From the NCBI GenBank assembly GCA_031414535.1, contig JANNVQ010000021.1, positions 1 through 24,879 of the forward strand: a stretch of DNA of 24,879 nucleotides, written 5' to 3'. How positions within the stretch are numbered: the stretch's first letter is position 1; each line of letters starts with the position of its first letter. Below the pieces are notes generated by a model. That model was not told the DNA's origin. It saw only the letters and a list, made by a program, of their open reading frames with translations, and searched no databases. This DNA is from Gemmatimonas sp. GTDB taxonomy: Bacteria > Gemmatimonadota > Gemmatimonadetes > Gemmatimonadales > Gemmatimonadaceae. The position numbers were made by a program, and so were the translations under genes. Positions 17,345-24,879 of this stretch are shown here, one piece after another.

Positions 17345-19420
17345 TCAGTCCGCGGCTCGGACTTCCACCAGATTGTCGTAGAACACCGGCCCCGCTCCCA
17401 TATCGGTAAGCCGCTGCGAGGTGGTGGCGTTCACGTTGCGACCGTCCGGCGAGAGCTTGGCCCACCAGATGCCCGGTGCCCAAGCCACACCCTCGCGAAT
17501 GCCCTCGCGGATGCGCGCGCGACCGGCAAAGTGTCCACGGTCGTTTTGGACCACCACCATCTGCCCCTCAACGATGCCGCGCCGTTCGGCGTCTCGCGGG
17601 TGCAAGGCCACCTCCGGCTCCCTCGCGGCGCGCTGCAGCGGACCGACGTTCACGAACGAAGAGTTCATGAACTGGTGCGCCGGCGACGAGATCAGCGTGA
17701 GCGGATATTTGGCCGCGAGATCCGGCACGGACTCTGGATACTCGTACGGTGGCGTGAAGTCGGGCAGGGGATCCAAGCCCATCTGCGCCATGCGCTCCGA
17801 GACGAACTCGCACTTGCCGCTCGGCGTGAGGAACCCACCCTTGGCAAACGGCGCGTATGGCTTGGGCAGGTTCAAGCGAGCCCAGCCGTGCTCGCTGAGC
17901 GTTTCCCAGGTGACCGTTTGCATGCGCGGATCATCCGTTGCCAAGGACTGCTTGATCAAACTCAGGTCATCATCGCGCAGGCACTCGTGCTCGAGTCCCA
18001 TCTGTGCAGCGAGACGGCGGAAGATCTCCGTGTTTGGCAGTGCCTCGCCAACAGGCGCAACAGCTGGGCGATTCAATGATGCGTACAGATGCCCATACGA
18101 CAGATGCACATCCCAATGCTCGATCTGCGTCGTCGCGGGCAGAATCCAATCCGCGTAGTCGGCGGTGTCCGTCTTGAAGTGCTCAAGCACCACAAGAAAG
18201 AGATCGTCGCGCTTCATGCCCTCAATCACCGTCAGGTGATCGGGCGCGATGGCCGCAGGGTTAGAGTTGTATACCACCATTGCCTTCACCGGCGGTCCAC
18301 CCACGCCAGCATCGGGCTTGGTCAGCGCATCGCCGAGCAATGACATGTTGATCATGCGCGTACCGGCCGGCGCGAGGTCTTCTCGATGCAGCGCCGCCTT
18401 GTTGAACGCAAAGTTCGCACTCGAAGAGAGCTGCACACCGCCACCCGGACGACGCCAGTGTCCCACCACTGCTGGCAGGCAGGCAATGGTGCGGACGGCC
18501 ATCGCGCCACCGCCGTGCCGCTGCAGCCCGTAGTTGATGCGCACAAAGGCCGCCTTGGCCTTGGCGTATTGCCGCGCTAGGCTGACGATGCGATCGGCGG
18601 GAATGCCCGTGATCTGCGCCGTCTTCTCGGGCGTGAAGCGCTTCGCTCGCAACTTCAGCTCTTCGGCACCAAGCGTGTGCTGCTGGATGTAGTCATCGTC
18701 CTGAAGACCTTCGGCAAAAATCACCTGCATCATGCCAAGCGCCAGCGCCGCGTCAGTGCCGGGCCGAATGCCAATCCATTCATCGCACTGCTCGGCGGTG
18801 CGCGTCTTGATTGGATCAATGCACAGGACCTGGCTTCCCTTCGCCTTCGCTGCGAGGATATGGGGCCAGAGATGCGGATTGCTGGTGAGCGTGTTGCTGC
18901 CCCAGATGAGAATCAGGTCGCTGTCGCCGGCGGATTCCGCATCTGCACCGACACTCGCGCCGACCGTCATGCGCATTCCCATCATACCGGCCGTGGCGCA
19001 GATGGTGCGGTCGAGCTTCGACGCGCCAATGAAATGAAAGAAGCGCCGGTCCATGCTCTCGCCCTGCAATAGGCCCATCGTGCCGGCATACGAATACGGC
19101 AGAATAGCCTGTGGGCCATCTGCGGAAGCACGGATCGCGTTCAACTTGCTGGCGATGGCGCCGAGCGCCTCGTCCCAGCTCGCCGCCACGAACTGTCCAC
19201 TGCCCTTGGGTCCCACACGCTTCATCGGCGTCAGCAGACGCTCGGGATGATACGAGCGCTCGAGGTAGCGATTCACCTTCGTGCACAGAAAGCCCTGGGT
19301 GAAGGGATGCGCTTTGTCACCCTGAATGCGCGTGGCCTTGCCGTCCTCGACGGTAATAAGCGTGGCACAGGTGTCGGGACAATCGAGCGGGCAAGCACCG
19401 CGCACTACGGTGGCGCTCAC
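17345..19420 (-). CDS. Cytoplasmic molybdopterin (bis-MGD) oxidoreductase, YoaE-like uncharacterised DMSO-reductase-family clade
   Basis: N-terminal CPLDCPDTC...LCTK [4Fe-4S] motif, RTIC putative Mo ligand, DTADYADWILPA, C-terminal HQFMNSSF and LHPRDA; no Tat signal. Confidence 0.92.
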   Translation of the reverse strand: MSATVVRGACPLDCPDTCATLITVEDGKATRIQGDKAHPFTQGFLCTKVNRYLERSYHPERLLTPMKRVGPKGSGQFVAASWDEALGAIASKLNAIRASADGPQAILPYSYAGTMGLLQGESMDRRFFHFIGASKLDRTICATAGMMGMRMTVGASVGADAESAGDSDLILIWGSNTLTSNPHLWPHILAAKAKGSQVLCIDPIKTRTAEQCDEWIGIRPGTDAALALGMMQVIFAEGLQDDDYIQQHTLGAEELKLRAKRFTPEKTAQITGIPADRIVSLARQYAKAKAAFVRINYGLQRHGGGAMAVRTIACLPAVVGHWRRPGGGVQLSSSANFAFNKAALHREDLAPAGTRMINMSLLGDALTKPDAGVGGPPVKAMVVYNSNPAAIAPDHLTVIEGMKRDDLFLVVLEHFKTDTADYADWILPATTQIEHWDVHLSYGHLYASLNRPAVAPVGEALPNTEIFRRLAAQMGLEHECLRDDDLSLIKQSLATDDPRMQTVTWETLSEHGWARLNLPKPYAPFAKGGFLTPSGKCEFVSERMAQMGLDPLPDFTPPYEYPESVPDLAAKYPLTLISSPAHQFMNSSFVNVGPLQRAAREPEVALHPRDAERRGIVEGQMVVVQNDRGHFAGRARIREGIREGVAWAPGIWWAKLSPDGRNVNATTSQRLTDMGAGPVFYDNLVEVRAAD

Positions 19421-20361
19421 GCGATGGCTACCACGTGTGCCGTCAACTCGCCGGAGCCGGAGCCAGAGCGCACGCGCACATCGCTGCCCGGTGCGACCTC
19501 GCGGCGCAGCATGGCGATAGCCAGTGGCCCTCGGTCTGCACTCAGCGTGCTCGAACGGACTTCTCCTACTTCCTTGCCTTCAGCATCAACGATTACCGCG
19601 CCAGGCGGGAGCGCCTGCTCCGAGCGTAACCAGCGCAGGTGCTTGTTCACGTGCCCGCGAAAGTGAATGCGCGCCACCACTTCCTGGCCCGTGTAGCAGC
19701 CCTTCGTGAATGAAATGGCACCGTGCAGGTCGAGGTTCGCTTCCTGCGGAATGGTCTCGGCGTCCATCTCTACACCAAAGCGCGGCAGCCCGCGCTCGAT
19801 GCGCAGCATCTCCAACTGCGCGGCGTCAGCTTCGTGAATGCCTTGTGCCTCGAGGGCCGCACGCAACTCCGCCACGCGTTCCCGCGTGGCGACCACTTCG
19901 AAGCCGGGCACACTGAGTTCATCGCTGCGGATGATCTCAATGCTGCCATCGTCATTGCGCCAGAGGCCCAGCACGGGCAGGGCATCGAGCGCCGCGTGAT
20001 CAACCTGCAAAAGTGGTGCGAGTAACTTCGCCGCCTGCGCACCGTGGATTGCGAGGCAAGCGCTACTTTCGCTGATGAAGCTGTACTTCGCCGTTCGCGG
20101 ATTGACGAACTTGCGGATCATTGCCGCGAATCCCTCAGCAGATTCCGCTTCGCAGTCCACGAGCAATTCGCCGCCGCGGTCAAACACACGCAGCATCGCG
20201 ATGACGCGACCCTTCGGTGTGAGCGCCACAGCGCGCTGCCCCTGTCCTGCGCTCAGGGCCACCACATCGTTCGTTACCAGTCCGCCGAGCGACTCCTTGG
20301 CCTTCTCGCCTGAGAACACCATGCGGAGCCGCGATGTACGGTCCACGAGGAATGCGGTCAT
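19417..20361 (-). CDS. ygfZ: Folate-binding Fe-S cluster assembly/repair protein YgfZ (GcvT family)
   Basis: KGCYTGQE signature, LTPKGR and LRIERGLP; overlaps both neighbours by 4 bp. Confidence 0.92.
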   Translation of the reverse strand: MTAFLVDRTSRLRMVFSGEKAKESLGGLVTNDVVALSAGQGQRAVALTPKGRVIAMLRVFDRGGELLVDCEAESAEGFAAMIRKFVNPRTAKYSFISESSACLAIHGAQAAKLLAPLLQVDHAALDALPVLGLWRNDDGSIEIIRSDELSVPGFEVVATRERVAELRAALEAQGIHEADAAQLEMLRIERGLPRFGVEMDAETIPQEANLDLHGAISFTKGCYTGQEVVARIHFRGHVNKHLRWLRSEQALPPGAVIVDAEGKEVGEVRSSTLSADRGPLAIAMLRREVAPGSDVRVRSGSGSGELTAHVVAIA

Positions 20362-21047
20362 CCGATTCCCTTCACCGCAGGGCTCAGCAACAGGCGAATC
20401 CTCTCGGGCGTGAGATCGGCAAGTGACTCCACCCAGCAGTCGGCTTCCATCGCATCCTGCGGCGCATGCGCACCGACGAGCACGGTGAGCAAACCCGCGC
20501 TGCGCGCCGTGAGCACACCGCGCACGCTGTCTTCCACCGCGATGCCGCGCAGGACCTGACCCGGGAAGAGCTCGGACACACGAGCGAGCGCCGCGTCATA
20601 GGGCGCGCGGGCGGGCTTCGCCGCGATGCTGTCCTCCAGCGCGATGATTGGCCGAAACATTCCTTCGAGCCCACCCAAGCTCAGCACGAACTCCACCTCG
20701 CGCCTCGATGCGCGCGTGACCAAGGCAAGCCGCGCCACCGAGGAGAGTTTTTCAAGTGCGATGCGGATGTCGCGCTGGAGCAATACGCCCTTGCCGAGTC
20801 GCGCCGCAAAGGCCTTTTCCGCGCGCACGCGCGAGAGGTCGAGCGCCGTGGGATCGTCTGGCGCCCCAACAAAGTCGCGGACGTGCCGAAGCGCATCTTC
20901 AGTGCTCCGACCCTTGATGATCTGGAGCAACTCAGCGCTGAGCGCGATTCCGTCAGCCGCCAGCGACTCCGCCAACGCCGCCTGACGCATTGCGGCGGTG
21001 TCGGCGACTACGCCTTCAAACTCAAGCAGGAGGACTGGGACTTCCAT
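20358..21047 (-). CDS. HAD superfamily hydrolase-like protein with motif I ExE instead of DxD
   Basis: LLLEFEGVVADT (motif I), LVTRAS (II), KPARAPY (III), AVEDSVRG (IV). Confidence 0.85.
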   Translation of the reverse strand: MEVPVLLLEFEGVVADTAAMRQAALAESLAADGIALSAELLQIIKGRSTEDALRHVRDFVGAPDDPTALDLSRVRAEKAFAARLGKGVLLQRDIRIALEKLSSVARLALVTRASRREVEFVLSLGGLEGMFRPIIALEDSIAAKPARAPYDAALARVSELFPGQVLRGIAVEDSVRGVLTARSAGLLTVLVGAHAPQDAMEADCWVESLADLTPERIRLLLSPAVKGIG

Positions 21048-21056
21048 ACCCGAATC

Positions 21057-22307
21057 CTAATCACTGCCCCGGGTCTCTGCGTACGCGGCGTCGAGCAGTT
21101 CGAGAGGGTGCCGCGCCTGTGTGGCGGAGCCGGCGGCCAGTAGCCCGCCGCCGATCTGCATCAGGCAACCAGGGTTGGCCGTGGCCACCACCGCCGCACC
21201 GGATTCGTGAATGCGGTCCAACTTGGGCGCCAGAACCCGTGCTGCCACATCGGGTTGGACGAGGTTGTAGATGCCCGCCGATCCGCAGCATTGGTTGCTG
21301 TCCGCGAGCGGCACCAAGGAAACGCTACCCGTGGCCGTCAGAACTTGCAGGGGCGGGTCCACGATTCGCTGGCCGTGCTCGAGGTGGCAGGGTGCATCCC
21401 AAGCCACCGTTACCGGTGATGCCGCGCGCGCGCTCGGCTTTGGTCCAGCAACAGCCAGGAGTTCCGAGGCATCCCGCACCTTGGCGCTGAAGGCGGCCGC
21501 GCGCGTCCTCCACTCTGCATCATCGGCGAGCAAATGGCCGTAGTCACGGCACATGGCGCCGCAGCCCGCTGAGTTCATCGCCACGACGTCTGCACCGGCT
21601 TCCTCAAATGCAGCGATGTTGGCGCGGGCCAGTCGCTTGGCCGTTTCTTGGTCGCCCGCGTGCGCGTGTAAGGCGCCGCAGCACTGCTGTGCCGGAGCGC
21701 TGGCCATCACGTAACCATTCTCGGCGAGCACGCGCTCGGTGGCGCGGTTGAGCGAGGGCATCAAGCCCTCCATCACACAGCCCGTGAGCAGTGCCGTTCG
21801 ACCGCGCGATGCATCGCCGCGCGGGGTCCAGTGCCTGGAACTTGGCCGCGCGGTGGAGGCGAGCATCGCGGCGGGGAAGGCGAGGCGCGACGGCAGAATG
21901 CGCGCCGCCAGGTGCGCGAGCCCCAATCCACGAACCACGCGCGCCACAAGGAGAACGACGCGCAGCATCCCGCGATTCGCGAATACGCCGAGCACGAGGC
22001 GCGCCAGCATCGGCAGTGGCCTGACCTCAGCCATCGTTGCCCGTGTGCCTTCAAGCAGATGTCCGTATGGAACGCCGCTTGGGCAGGCCGTCTCGCATCC
22101 GCGGCATCCGAGGCACTGATCAAGGTGCGTGCCCGCGTCCGCATCGTTCGCGGCGATCTTTCCGTCGAGCAATGCTCGCATCAACACGAGGCGTCCGCGC
22201 GGCGAATCATTTTCATCTTCGAGCGCGAGATACGTAGGACAAGCGGGCAAGCAGAAGCCACAATGCACACAGGCATCGAGGCCAGCTCGCATCTGGTCTT
22301 GGTTCAT
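21057..22307 (-). CDS. glcF: Glycolate oxidase/dehydrogenase iron-sulfur subunit
   Basis: CVHCGFCLPACP and CLGCRGCETACP ferredoxin motifs, SPRGR, two CCG domains, ANPGC. Confidence 0.92.
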   Translation of the reverse strand: MNQDQMRAGLDACVHCGFCLPACPTYLALEDENDSPRGRLVLMRALLDGKIAANDADAGTHLDQCLGCRGCETACPSGVPYGHLLEGTRATMAEVRPLPMLARLVLGVFANRGMLRVVLLVARVVRGLGLAHLAARILPSRLAFPAAMLASTARPSSRHWTPRGDASRGRTALLTGCVMEGLMPSLNRATERVLAENGYVMASAPAQQCCGALHAHAGDQETAKRLARANIAAFEEAGADVVAMNSAGCGAMCRDYGHLLADDAEWRTRAAAFSAKVRDASELLAVAGPKPSARAASPVTVAWDAPCHLEHGQRIVDPPLQVLTATGSVSLVPLADSNQCCGSAGIYNLVQPDVAARVLAPKLDRIHESGAAVVATANPGCLMQIGGGLLAAGSATQARHPLELLDAAYAETRGSD

Positions 22308-22317
22308 CGCCGTGGTC

Positions 22318-23220
22318 TCATGCCGCCGTACCGAGCAGACCGGGGTTGAGCACGTCTCGCGGATCGAACGCTCGCTTGACGCGCGCCGCCAGCGGCGACC
22401 ACTGCCAACCCGCTAGCGGAGTAGCCGGTGCCAGTTCGCGGCGAACGAGACCCCACGCACTCTCCGGCATCTCCACACAGGCCCCGAGCGAGGCCAACGC
22501 GGTCTGCGCCGCGCCTACGAAGGCAGGGTTCCCGGCCACGCGTAGCAACCATGCTGCGTGGCTGCTGTGACCGAGTGTGCGCGCGAGCTCGCCGCTGAGT
22601 GGAACTGCTGCGAGGGGCGCAAAAGCGCCGCGCGCGAACGCGCGAATCTGCTCCGCCGACGCGCCATCTATATAGTAGGTACGATCGGCAACAGGCCGCG
22701 CACGCAGCCGCAGATGCAACTCCGTGATCACGGCAAGGGTGCCCCAGCTTCCCGTCACCAAGCGCGTGAGATCAAATCCCGCCACGTTCTTTACCACGCG
22801 GCCCCCAGCGCGAATCACACGGCCGCGTCCATCTACACATTCAAGTCCGAGCACCAAGTCTCGTGGTCGCCCGAGTGAATCGGCAAATGGACCGCTCGTC
22901 GCCGTGGCAATCGTTGCGCCGACGCTGCCACTATCGTCGCCCCACGCTAGGAGCGGACACCACTGACCCTGCGCGCGGGTGCAGGCATCGAGTTCAGCCA
23001 GCGTGGTCGCCGCGCCCACACTGATGGTGAGATCTCCAGGCGTGTAGGAGCGCACGCCGCTGAACGCATCGAGGTGCAATTCGTGCGATGCGCGCACGGG
23101 CTGTCCAGCGTACATCCATCCGCCGGCACCGCGCACGCGCAGTCCATCGGCGTTCTCGCGAATGATTGCCGCGAGTTCATCCACGTGGTGGGGCCGCAGC
23201 GTGGGCCGTGAAATACTCAT
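22318..23220 (-). CDS. glcE: Glycolate oxidase/dehydrogenase FAD-binding subunit (300 aa)
   Basis: GGRVVKNVAGFDL, GSWGTLAVITE and KRAFDPRDVLNPG; start reassigned to ATG 23220, which overlaps the glcD stop (ATGA). Confidence 0.88.
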   Translation of the reverse strand: MSISRPTLRPHHVDELAAIIRENADGLRVRGAGGWMYAGQPVRASHELHLDAFSGVRSYTPGDLTISVGAATTLAELDACTRAQGQWCPLLAWGDDSGSVGATIATATSGPFADSLGRPRDLVLGLECVDGRGRVIRAGGRVVKNVAGFDLTRLVTGSWGTLAVITELHLRLRARPVADRTYYIDGASAEQIRAFARGAFAPLAAVPLSGELARTLGHSSHAAWLLRVAGNPAFVGAAQTALASLGACVEMPESAWGLVRRELAPATPLAGWQWSPLAARVKRAFDPRDVLNPGLLGTAA

Positions 23221-24647
23221 GCGCGCCCCGCCGCCGTGACGTGCCACTCGCGGCAACTGCGCAACGGCACAACCTTGCCGGGGTTCGCGCGGCGCTCGGC
23301 GTCGAACGTCTCGCGGAGGCTGCACATCGCGTCCAAGGTGTCGGGCGTGAAGAGCTGTTCCATATATGGCAACTTGTCCAAGCCGACGCCGTGCTCTCCC
23401 GTGATGCTCCCGCCCGCGGCAATGCAACGCGTCATTATCTCCGACATCGCCGCGTGCACGCGCGCCGATTCCTCGGCGTTGCTGGCATCGTACGGGATGT
23501 TGGGATGCAGGTTGCCGTCGCCGGCGTGGAACACGTTGCATACCCTCACGCCGTGATTGGTCCCAATAGTAGCGATGTCCTCGAGCAAATCCGCCAACAT
23601 CGTGCGCGGCACCACGGCGTCCTGTACCACGAGATGCGGGGCCACGCGTCCCATCGCACCGAATGCCTTCTTGCGGCCTTGCCAGAGCTTCGCGCGCGCA
23701 TCCGCATCGGTTGCACGTTTCACGGTTCTGGCTCCCGCCTCAGCACAGAGCACAGTGACCGCATCAGCATCCGCCTCCAGTCCGGCGAGCGCTCCATCCA
23801 CTTCGATGAGAAGGACCGCAGCGGCGTCGGTGGGATATCCGGCCGCGTAGATGCTCTCTTCCACCGCCCGGATAGTCGGTTGATCCATCAGCTCGAGCGC
23901 GGCGGGCAGAATGCCCGCCGCAATTATCCGCGATGTCGCCTCGGCGGCCGCGCGCAACGTCGCGAAGTCCGCGAGCATCGTGATCACGCCCTCAGGGTTT
24001 GGTGTCAGCTTCACCGTGAGTTCGAGGGCCACGCCAAAGCAGCCTTCGCTTCCCACAAAGGCGCCCAGCAAGTCGTAGCCGCCGGCATCGCCGCGGTCCA
24101 ACTCCACCACCTCTCCATCAGGCAGAACGACGGTGGCACGCAGCACGTGATTCAGCGTCACCCCGTACTTCAGGCAGTGGGGCCCACCCGCGTTCTCCGC
24201 GAGATTGCCCCCCAGCGTACATGCGCTTTGGCTCGAGGGATCAGGCGCATAGTGCAACCCCAGCGGCGCCACCTCGCGCGAGAGCATGGCGTTCACAACG
24301 CCAGGCTCCAAGGTGGCCGTGCGCGCCTCGGCATCAATGTGGATGATGCGTTTGAGACGGTTCAAGCCAAGTAGCACCACGCCATCGGCAAGCGCGCCAC
24401 CGGAGAGTCCCGTGCCCGCGCCTCTGGCCACAAAGGGAAGTCCATCCTGTGCCAAGCGCCGCATCACCGCCACGACTTCATCGCGCGTTCCGGGAAAAAC
24501 CGCCACCGAAGGCCGGTGCGCGTAGCCAGGCAGCGCGTCCGTTTCGTATGCGAGGAGCGCCGTGGGTCGCGTCACCACGTGCCGTGCGCCGACGATACGC
24601 GCGAGGTCCGCTTCGAGGATGCTACTGGCGGACGCGCGTAGAGTCAT
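23217..24647 (-). CDS. glcD: Glycolate oxidase/dehydrogenase FAD-linked subunit
   Basis: RGAGTGLSGGA, PDPSS, ENAGGPHCLKYG, GSEG, HAGDGNLHP, GEHGVG and NPGK motifs. Confidence 0.93.
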   Translation of the reverse strand: MTLRASASSILEADLARIVGARHVVTRPTALLAYETDALPGYAHRPSVAVFPGTRDEVVAVMRRLAQDGLPFVARGAGTGLSGGALADGVVLLGLNRLKRIIHIDAEARTATLEPGVVNAMLSREVAPLGLHYAPDPSSQSACTLGGNLAENAGGPHCLKYGVTLNHVLRATVVLPDGEVVELDRGDAGGYDLLGAFVGSEGCFGVALELTVKLTPNPEGVITMLADFATLRAAAEATSRIIAAGILPAALELMDQPTIRAVEESIYAAGYPTDAAAVLLIEVDGALAGLEADADAVTVLCAEAGARTVKRATDADARAKLWQGRKKAFGAMGRVAPHLVVQDAVVPRTMLADLLEDIATIGTNHGVRVCNVFHAGDGNLHPNIPYDASNAEESARVHAAMSEIMTRCIAAGGSITGEHGVGLDKLPYMEQLFTPDTLDAMCSLRETFDAERRANPGKVVPLRSCREWHVTAAGRA

Positions 24648-24659
24648 ACCGTGAAGCTA
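24648..24659 (-). promoter_or_regulatory. Putative leaderless -10 box of glcD (TAGCTT-N6-ATG)
   Basis: Minus strand reads TAGCTT CACGGT ATG; no Shine-Dalgarno. Confidence 0.55.
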
Positions 24660-24664
24660 AAACA

Positions 24665-24716
24665 GAAGACGGATGACGGAAGCAGTGCGCTTCCGTCATC
24701 CGTCTTCCGTCCAGTC
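24665..24716. repeat. Heptamer repeat copy 3, arranged as a perfect 19-bp inverted repeat (REP-like hairpin)
   Basis: GAAGACGGATGACGGAAGC (24665-24683), loop AGTGC, GCTTCCGTCATCCGTCTTC (24689-24707); 24692-24716 identical to 49-73. Confidence 0.92.
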
Positions 24717-24775
24717 GTACACTCGCCTAACTTCAAGTACAGCAAGCGCTTCCGCCTCACACCGAGCCCCACGCA

Positions 24776-24879
24776 ATGTTCAAATGGCCATTCTTCCAAA
24801 ACGGAGGATTCCTTCCCGCAAATGCAATTGCGGTGGACCTTGGAACGGCCAACACGCTGATCTACGTGAAGGGCGAAGG
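24776..24879 (+). CDS. mreB: Rod shape-determining protein MreB, 5' fragment truncated by the window end
   Basis: Manual translation MFKWPFFQNGGFLPANAIAVDLGTANTLIYVKGE contains the DLGTANT phosphate-1 motif; candidate -10 TAACTT at 24728-24733. Confidence 0.93.
   Translation, partial: MFKWPFFQNGGFLPANAIAVDLGTANTLIYVKGE

Noticed and set aside
17345..19420. Selenocysteine formate dehydrogenase or exported reductase
   Set aside because: No in-frame TGA, no Tat signal, no partner Fe-S or membrane subunits of those enzymes adjacent.
19417..20361. Glycine cleavage T protein (gcvT)
   Set aside because: KGCYTGQE is the YgfZ signature; no gcvH or gcvP adjacent.
23221..23541. 107-aa N-terminal extension of GlcE in the ORF track
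   Set aside because: Lies inside glcD in another frame and is Arg-rich noise; ATG 23220 gives a standard ATGA coupling.
23166..24374. 402-aa antisense ORF over glcD
   Set aside because: Shadow ORF opposite a well-supported gene; no motifs.
49..24716. 25-bp direct repeats near both window ends as attL/attR of a genomic island
   Set aside because: No integrase or tRNA, housekeeping-type cargo, a third internal copy and internal heptamer periodicity all fit a dispersed repeat better.
24651..24860. 69-aa ORF across the glcD-mreB intergenic region
   Set aside because: Reads through the repeat hairpin and overlaps mreB out of frame; no RBS or motif.

Overview
GC-rich, gene-dense bacterial chromosomal segment with no rRNA, tRNA, CRISPR array, integrase or transposase. 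The style (Hanks kinase with membrane tail, TANNNT boxes close to start codons) suggests Gemmatimonadota, which is an inference. Left to right: Ser/Thr kinase (+); short MutY, UreH/NiCoT-type Ni/Co permease and TetR (-); a divergent TolC-MFP-RND efflux operon plus an atypical SDR (+) behind three palindromic operator-like sites; unknown 4-TM protein, VWA protein and Ca/Na antiporter (-); MFS and LACTB-like serine hydrolase (+); AAA+ ATPase (-); a tightly packed glcD-glcE-glcF-HAD-ygfZ-molybdopterin oxidoreductase cluster (-); and the 5' end of mreB (+), which the ORF track missed. Most notable: (1) the glc cluster joined to a HAD protein whose DxD motif is ExE, YgfZ and an uncharacterised Mo enzyme; (2) a dispersed TCCGTC[ATC] heptamer repeat at three sites, one forming a 19-bp hairpin and one supplying the mutY stop codon; (3) an AAA+/VWA pair split by three genes; (4) recurrent leaderless-type TANNNT-N6-start motifs. 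All calls rest on motif recognition; no searches were run.
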